From Ancylonema sp. (Eukaryota): a stretch of DNA of 64,000 nt. The notes beneath the pieces were generated by a model. That model saw nothing but the letters and a program-made list of their open reading frames with translations. It was not told where the DNA came from and searched no databases. A program made the translations under genes and the position numbers. Where the stretch lies: contig JBFLGF010000007.1 of the NCBI GenBank assembly GCA_050230475.1, forward strand, positions 1 through 64,000, given 5' to 3'. Positions 57,000-64,000 of the stretch are shown here, piece by piece (position 1 is the stretch's first letter; every line of letters starts with the position of its first letter).

Positions 57000-59900
57000 A
57001 TCATACCGAATTGTTGTTGCTTTATCGTACAGTTATTTTGTCTTGTATTGTAAAGCATTGAACTTTGATGCCTGAGCTCCTTTCCTTAATGCCTTGGAAA
57101 GTTGCATCGATGACAATAAAGGAGAGACTGGCTTTTCTTTTTGTTGCTGACTTGCAAACAATGTGATAAAGCGCAGTCCTTTGTTTATTCGACATGTTTT
57201 GGTTCCAAAGTCTAAAATAGCATTATGTCGATTCATCCATTCCAAGTCAAGAATGGAGTCAATATACGTGCTAACTTTAGCACATTGAAAACGACTTTGC
57301 CATGATAGGCTCCCAATTTCATGTGAATATTGACTTTCCCCAATATTTCACTTTCACTACCATCACACCCAAAGTGACACTCACTTTGTTATTGGTATCG
57401 ATGGCAATATTGTGTAGGCGTACAAATTCCCCACGCGTGCACGTGATTCCGCATTTATGAAGTTCTCGCTAGCGAGGGTATCCAACGGTATTGATATCGG
57501 AATCCCTGCAACTTGCGCCTCAAATGACAAACTGTTGTCATGTGCTGAAAGTGCAGCCATTGTGGCATTTTTACTACTCACCATTAAACAATGCTTTTCA
57601 CAGCAGTTAACGAGGGAAATCCTTGACGTATGCATGTGATTGACCTTTTCATGTTTATGGATTTGCTTGTAGACTGTAAATGGCACCGGCCATGTATGTG
57701 ACCCACACTTGAGCTTCATGACAATGCATTTTAATTTCTTCACCAACGTGTGAAAATGTTGTATGCAGTCATCGAGTACCTTACCACTTGGTAGGCACAA
57801 ATACACATCATATGGCATATCGACACATGAAAAGAATTTCCTTGGAGTCATGACATTGCATTTGTATTCCATTGCGATAAGATCTTTATGATTTTCCAAA
57901 CATACAATTATTGGGAGACTCTCCCCACAAATTGTTGTCAAATCATTTTTATCGACAATTACAAATTTTGTCAAATCCTGCTCGTTCCGTGACTCCGAGT
58001 CGGAACGAGCTATCCTTTTAGCACACGGCTATAGGATTTCTTTCCATCTGTGTCATTCCCCTTGTCCTTAACTACTACACGAGTAGGACAATCACGGGCC
58101 ACGTGTCTAGACCTCTGACACGTGAAACATTTCCCGTCAGTATACAGAGCCATCCTAGCTTGATTGCTAAGTTTGGCCCTACCCAGATCCTGTTTCGGGT
58201 CTTGGCCCTTGGCCTGCCCTTGGATCGAGCCCTGGCCCTGGGCCTTGCCCTGGTTCTGGCCCTGGCTCTGGAAGCGGGAAGAACTCCCCCCCTTCTGAGC
58301 GCTGCCACCCGTCGTCCCCTTCTTCACTGGGACAAGGCCAAGGCCAAGGCATCGGCCTTGCGTTTCTTCATGAGCTGAGGAAACGACAGCTCTCGCTCCT
58401 CCGCAGAGTTCGGAATCATGATCCGCAACTTCTGCTGGTCGTCGTCCTCCTTCACAGCAAACGCCATGAGTTCCTGAAGGCTGGTCCACGACCCACCCTT
58501 CCCCGGTCCCTTGCGCTTCACCGCTGTGAACAACTCGAGGTTCATGATATCCAGCAGATGCTCGATCTGCGCATCGCGCGACGGACGTATCCCCGGATCC
58601 ATGCGCGACAGGTGCAGCTTCTTCTCCACTAGGAGAGGTTGCAGCGGGCCACTCTGCTTCAACGCCCAATAAGTGAGCTTGGACTTCTCCAATAGGTCCG
58701 TACTACCGTACGCGACCATCATCTGTCGCTCGAACACCTCGTAGGAATACGGGTTACCGCCAGTCCTTAGCAGCGAGGATTCACAATCCCGCCAGTAAGA
58801 ATTTGGCCCCTCCTTCAGGCGAGTCATAATTAGACGCATACCCGTCTCCTCCGTGAAGCTCATGTCGACTATCATTCCCTTGAAGTCCTGGAACCAATCG
58901 CGAAATTGAACTCTCCCGTTCGCGTCCCACATGGGAAGCGCAACAAAATTCGTCAGTGCCTTGAAATACAGATCCCGATCTTGCTTTGACCCCTCGGATA
59001 GCAACAATTTCGAACGCCCCCGAGTGATAAGACGCTCGCTGGAGATTTCTGCAGTTTCAATTGTAGCAGGGCGGATTTCAGCTTGCCCCAATCCGTGCCC
59101 CTGTACATTTAAGTGTACAGCTAGACCAACGACCTTCTCGCGCTGATCTTGAAGCGCCTTCTCGGCGTGACGCAGCAGCTCCTCTTCGTTGGAGAGCTTC
59201 CCACGATTCTCGTGGTACGGTCGCAGACCGCCAAGCGCATCAATTGGAGCGCTGACGCCGTGAGCAAAGACAGCAGCAGGAATTGCTGGTTGGGCGACTG
59301 CAGCGTGGGCGGGCTGGCGAGCGGGGCGGAAATTTCTTGCGGTGAAATTTCGCGGGGCGGGAACTATCACAGGAGGTGGACGCTTGGGAGTACCTCCCAT
59401 CGGAGATCCGCTGACCATAGGCACATGAGACTGCCTTGGCGAAGTGACTGCAGCCCGATGAATAGCTGAGTGCATTGCTGATCCCGCCACAGTCTCAACT
59501 ACCGGAGGGGCGGATGTCGTATGTCCGCGGGGCGCATTCGCAGCTGGCACATTCAAAGACATTTCTTGATATGTTTTGATAAATGCTACGAGTGCTGCAT
59601 CGAAACTCATGCACAATGCTGTAGTGCCGAAGTATTTGCCAAGATCTAAATCTTGCTCTGATACCAATGTAATATATCGCCACAGGGCAATATAAATAAC
59701 GTTGAATAACAAACACATACGACTCGAACGTAATCGACACGCTCTGTTTGTGTCCGTAGTCTGCACCAGCTAGAGCTTGTTCAATCAATGAATGAGTGAG
59801 TTCTCTACAGGCTGCGGCGTGTATGTTTGAAGGCGGAGCTCACGATCGAATCGTGCACAAGCTCATGTTCACCTGAGGGTGAATCGCACCTCAGCTGACA

Positions 59901-60196
59901 GCGGTTCGCCCAGGCCACGAAGAGCTCTACGAGCTCTGTCGATGCGGGATGGAATTCCACAAACGACGGTTGACTGCGTCATGTACGGCTGAATCCGTAC
60001 GAACGGACGGGGACTTTGACCCGTCAAAGGACCCGTCGAAATAATAGACTGTTACCGGCTCCACGCGGGGACGGTAATATCTAATATTAAACAAGTATTA
60101 ATTGGCGCAACATTGCGCCAATATTAATAATACTTAGTGAAGGCGCAGGCCCGAGGCCGGCGTCCCTCTCTATAAGCAACTCTGCTTATAGGTACA
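57000..60196 (-). mobile_element. Truncated Ty3/gypsy element: 5' LTR 60196-59668, tRNA-iMet PBS 59666-59655, gag from about 59610 to 58010 (frameshift near 58350), aspartic protease about 57560-57030
   Basis: LTR TGTAC...TTACA followed by TGGTATCAGAGC; Gag ALKQSG motif; knuckle CFTCQRSRHVARDC; protease LDTLASENFI and WMNRHNAILDF. Cut off by the Copia LTR. Confidence 0.88.
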
Positions 60197-60426
60197 ATCG
60201 ATAATTAACTTAAGTATCGACAAAACACGAGTAATGCGCAAGTGTACACGTCACTCCGTTACAATTATCCATCATTTCCATCGACGAAGAAATACACCAA
60301 AAGTGATGTTTTGCAGATTTCTCCAAAATTTGTCGATTTCTTTGTTTTTGAAAAAAAACGTCGACAAGTTGTCTACCGACTTCATTTGGCACGTCATATT
60401 TATGTTAGCCTTCTCTGCCTCCTCCC

Positions 60427-60799
60427 CATAGTTGCACGGAGCCGGGACCGCGAACCGGGGTTCCGAGGTCCCGATTCCGGACCAAGGTCCATCCTTGTAG
60501 GCCAAAATACCGGACCGGCGGTGGTAGAATACATTCGGTTTTTCTTTTGGGATTTAAATTTGTTTACCATGAAGATAAAAAACTAAAAAAATAAGTTTGT
60601 TTTATCAATTTGGCTTGTGCATTGTGCAAAAATGTAAGAAAAATGTTCACCTCGAAAAAATTCCGACATGGGCATTTCCCCCCGAAAATGGCCGGGGGAA
60701 ACAAATATTCTTAAAGATCCCCGGTCGCATCGGGTCCCGACTCTAGACCCGGTCCGACCGCGGTCCGATGAATCAATCTTACCGGTCAGTGCACCTGTG
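60427..60799. mobile_element. Short, internally deleted family B hAT-like MITE
   Basis: CATAGTTGCACGGA start and degenerate right TIR GGTCAGTGCACCTGTG; flanks CTCCTCCC and CTCCTTAC (6/8). Confidence 0.7.
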
Positions 60800-62881
60800 C
60801 TCCTTACCTCCTCCTCTCTGTCCTTGTCCTCCGGCCCCCATAATACTAAAGCCTATAATATTCCTCCTCTCCGTTCACGTAATTTGAGTTTTCGCCCTTT
60901 ATCAATAGTTCCCTCTACGTGAGTAGAGTACTCTCGCCGCTACATCATTTTTCCGCGTTAACGCTCTCCGTCGCTCCTCCCTTTATCCGAGCTTCCGTCG
61001 TCAACCTGCGCCCCCGGCATCAAATTCATTAAAACTCTTCAACTACGTGTCACTTATTAACTTGCTTGAAATTACATATCGATCGCAACACTCACATGTA
61101 CATATTACATGACCGAAGATAATTACTTTTTAACGATTAAAGCGCGAGCCGATGTCGAGATTCATGTGTACGCGTATATTTTTGAATGCGCGGTCTCGTA
61201 GATTTTTAGGTGAAGGTTGTTCTCGGAAATCAAATCCTAGTTGTCGCCATAAGCTACCCCATAGAGACTTGCACACCATCGTTTTACGCGTCTTTCTTAG
61301 ATCCTTGAAATTGTGAATCCCCGTGTTGTGTTGCGCACATTGTTGTCCTGTTATTATCGATTGTTGTCTTGGCTTTGCGTACATCTGAGTTGTCGCTCTC
61401 CGTGCCTTAATATTGTTATCTTAATATCGATAATGCTTGTGTTGCTCATAGTTTGCACACATATGCTTTCGGAGTCCGAGTTGTTGCTCATCTTTGCAAT
61501 ACTCAAACGGGAACCAACTCTTTTCTTGATAAACATATTTTCATACATCGGCATCCTACCTATCGAGTCGATTCCGTCTCCGACATTTCACGTGTATTTG
61601 GTGACTACGTCATCATTTCCCCTCCACCCTAACAATCACGTTGCGTACGTCACTTGAGCCTGCAAGGCTCGCACTACACTTGGTCTCGATTGTTTCCCAC
61701 TCTGCTCGTCGGGAGCGAATTTGGTCGACTATAGGCATCTTGGCCCCGTTACGCAATCGGGCGACCAACAACGAAATTCTGAAATTTTCGTAGATTGATG
61801 CGCTTCTTATAGAATTTCGAGGACGAGGAAAGTGAGAAAACGAATTAATAGGAGACATAAGAGGTATGTGGATGGGCGAGAAGGATCAAGAGGGGGAGAG
61901 TCGGGATAGAAGCATCCTAAGCGCCAATGTCTAAGGATGTGTGTAAGTAGTTGTTGGGCAAGTAGGAATGGTGGGGTAAAGCGGCGAAGTTTGTTGGACA
62001 AGTTACGAGTACAAAAGGTATCCGAAGAGTTGGAGCCAAAGTCGTCTAGTTAGAGGAAAGCTGAGCTTGTAGAGATCATCCGTAACACAAATTTATCATC
62101 GCTTTCACACCCTTGAGTTAATATGCATGGAGAGCCACGTTAAGTAGGGTGATGTGCTTGCTATTTTTCTTTGAGTTTGATAAGTCGTTAGTCGTTGCCG
62201 TTGTCTAGGATGGGGACATGAGGGAAATGCGTATTATCACCAATTTTTGACCAATTCCCATCTGGAGGGTAACCTACGCCCTAATCGAATAGAAGCCCAA
62301 TGTTTAGTTTCTCATAGCAAACTGTTAAGAAAATAAGAAAATTTATCATTAATTCTCATTTAATAATTGATTTATCAGTAAAAAATATCATTAGTTAGTC
62401 ATCAATGTTGTTTTTGGCGCTTGTGTCTGGGCGGGGCCAACTATGTTAGAAACTGCAGTTTATATTTCCCCGTGCGGCGCGTGCGCGTGCCACGCATGCG
62501 GGGGAATGTGTCGCGCTCGTTGCGCGACCTGGACGGTTGAAAGTTACCGACAGGTACGGACATACCGGCAGGCACCGGCAGATTCCGGCAAGCTACCGGC
62601 AATGCTGGTGACAATATGGAGAGGTTTTCTGTACAACTACTCTCGCCCCTGAACCCGGAAATTGGTTTTTCTCGGATAATAATAAATATGACGATGTCAT
62701 CAGTTTGTGCTTACACAACTGCGTTTATGGTGATGGTTTCCCCGTAAAACATGTCGTTGGGTGTGTCTATTTGTCTGGCAGTGGTAAGCAGTGATACGGA
62801 GCTGCTGAGGTTGTTGTAAACCACTTCATGGCATAGGCTGTAGGCCTTGATGCCGCTCCGTCCGCAAGAGAGTGCCCTTTT

Positions 62882-64000
62882 ATGGACACGCGGAGCAGGA
62901 AGAGGGCCGAGGAGGCAGACCAGGGGGCCTTAACCAGGGGAAAAGTTTCACGCCTTCGCCTTTCTCCCCCCACCAGTTCCAAAACCGAAGCCAAAGTCTC
63001 TCGGGAATCAAAGCGTTCAAAACCTCTTAGTAAAGCAGTTGAAAAGACATCTTCGAGCCGCAAAAGACGATCTACCCGTTCAAATCCATTAGCTGAAGAA
63101 GGCGAGGGACAGAAAGACATGGATCACGACCAAGGTCTAGAGGATCATGGGGACCCAGAAGGGTCTCCTAAAACTTCGAAGGATTCAAAGAAAGTGGTGG
63201 ACCAGAGCAGCGAAAGGGAACGTGAACAGGAGCGAGATCGGGAGCGAGACCGGGAGCAATTGAGGCTGTTGAGAGAGAGAGCTGCTGCAGTGATGGGTTT
63301 GGATGATCCGGAAGGAGATGGCGGACTGTTGCCCCACAACATGACGTCCGCTAGCAACGCTTTGAATGGTTTGTTGCGAAAGCTAGGAGCGGGAATTGAC
63401 GACCTGCTGCCTCCCTCTAGTTCGCTCTCTATGCAAAATAGCCGGTTTAAACAGATCCTCAACGGGCTGCGGGCAGATGGGGAGCCTGGAAGGCAACTGG
63501 AGTCCTTGAACGAGCTCTGTGAGCTTCTGTCAATAGGCACCGAGGATTCGTTGAGCACGTTCTCCATAGAGGCCTTTGTGCCCGTCCTGGTTGGGCTGCT
63601 GAACCACGAACATAACCCTGATATGATGCTGCTAGCAGCCAGGGCCCTTACTCACCTCTGCGACGTGCTACCATCGTCTTGCGCTGCGGTCGTGCACCAT
63701 GGCGCGGTGCAGTGCTTCTGCGCGCGGCTCCTTACAATCGAGTACATTGATCTGGCAGAACAGGTGCAGATTCTTGGATATCACAAAATCCTCAGACAGT
63801 GGCGTTTGATGACATGCTTACGGTCGGGTTTGTTTTTCCTGGGCGCAGTCACTGCAAGCGTTGGAGAAAGTATCACATGAACATCCAACGGCGTGCTTGC
63901 GCAGTGGAGGCCTGATGGCCGTGCTGTCGTTCCTCGAGTTTTTTTCGACTGGAGTGCAGGTAAGGCATTTTACCCACGCGGAGCTGATCCACTTACTTAC
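62882..64000 (+). CDS. UPL3: HECT-type E3 ubiquitin ligase UPL3/KAKTUS (TRIP12/Ufd4 family), 5' part. Exons 62882-63763 and 63849-63959; continues beyond the window
   Basis: MDTRSRKRAE, SASNALNGLLRKLGAGIDDLLP, GLRADGE.GRQ, LCELLSIGTEDSLSTFS, NHEHNPDMMLLAARALTHLCDVLPSSC, IEYIDLAEQ|SLQALEK match the plant UPL3 ARM region. Confidence 0.95.

Noticed and set aside
59611..59766. N-terminal extension of the 480-aa Gag ORF
   Set aside because: It reads through the LTR and PBS; the real start is probably the ATG at 59610.

Overview
Eukaryotic nuclear DNA, most likely from a streptophyte green alga. This is an inference from a land-plant-like UPL3, a retained VPS10/sortilin gene, short GT-AG introns and a DNMT-carrying Ty3/gypsy element. 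GC-rich spliced host genes are separated by AT-rich, transposon-dense spacers. Host genes: the 3' part of a VPS10/sortilin receptor (1-2074), an orphan spliced gene (12030-13250), APC5 (19282-24346), an intron-containing class A beta-lactamase/PBP-like gene (about 40642-42145, minus), a hypothetical gene (about 46943-48970, minus) and the 5' part of the HECT ligase UPL3 (62882-end). Mobile DNA: many non-autonomous hAT-like elements with CATAGTTG or TAG-starting TIRs and 8-bp TSDs, pogo-like MITEs, two CRE-like non-LTR fragments, Copia and Gypsy remnants, solo LTRs and long dinucleotide arrays. Most notable: (1) a decayed Ty3/gypsy pol carrying a C5 cytosine methyltransferase; (2) a spliced serine beta-lactamase-like gene with all three catalytic motifs; (3) a hAT-type element with its own TSD that carries a retrotransposon gag; (4) an LTR-LTR junction resembling a 2-LTR circle junction. 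All calls were made by eye from motifs and no database searches were run.
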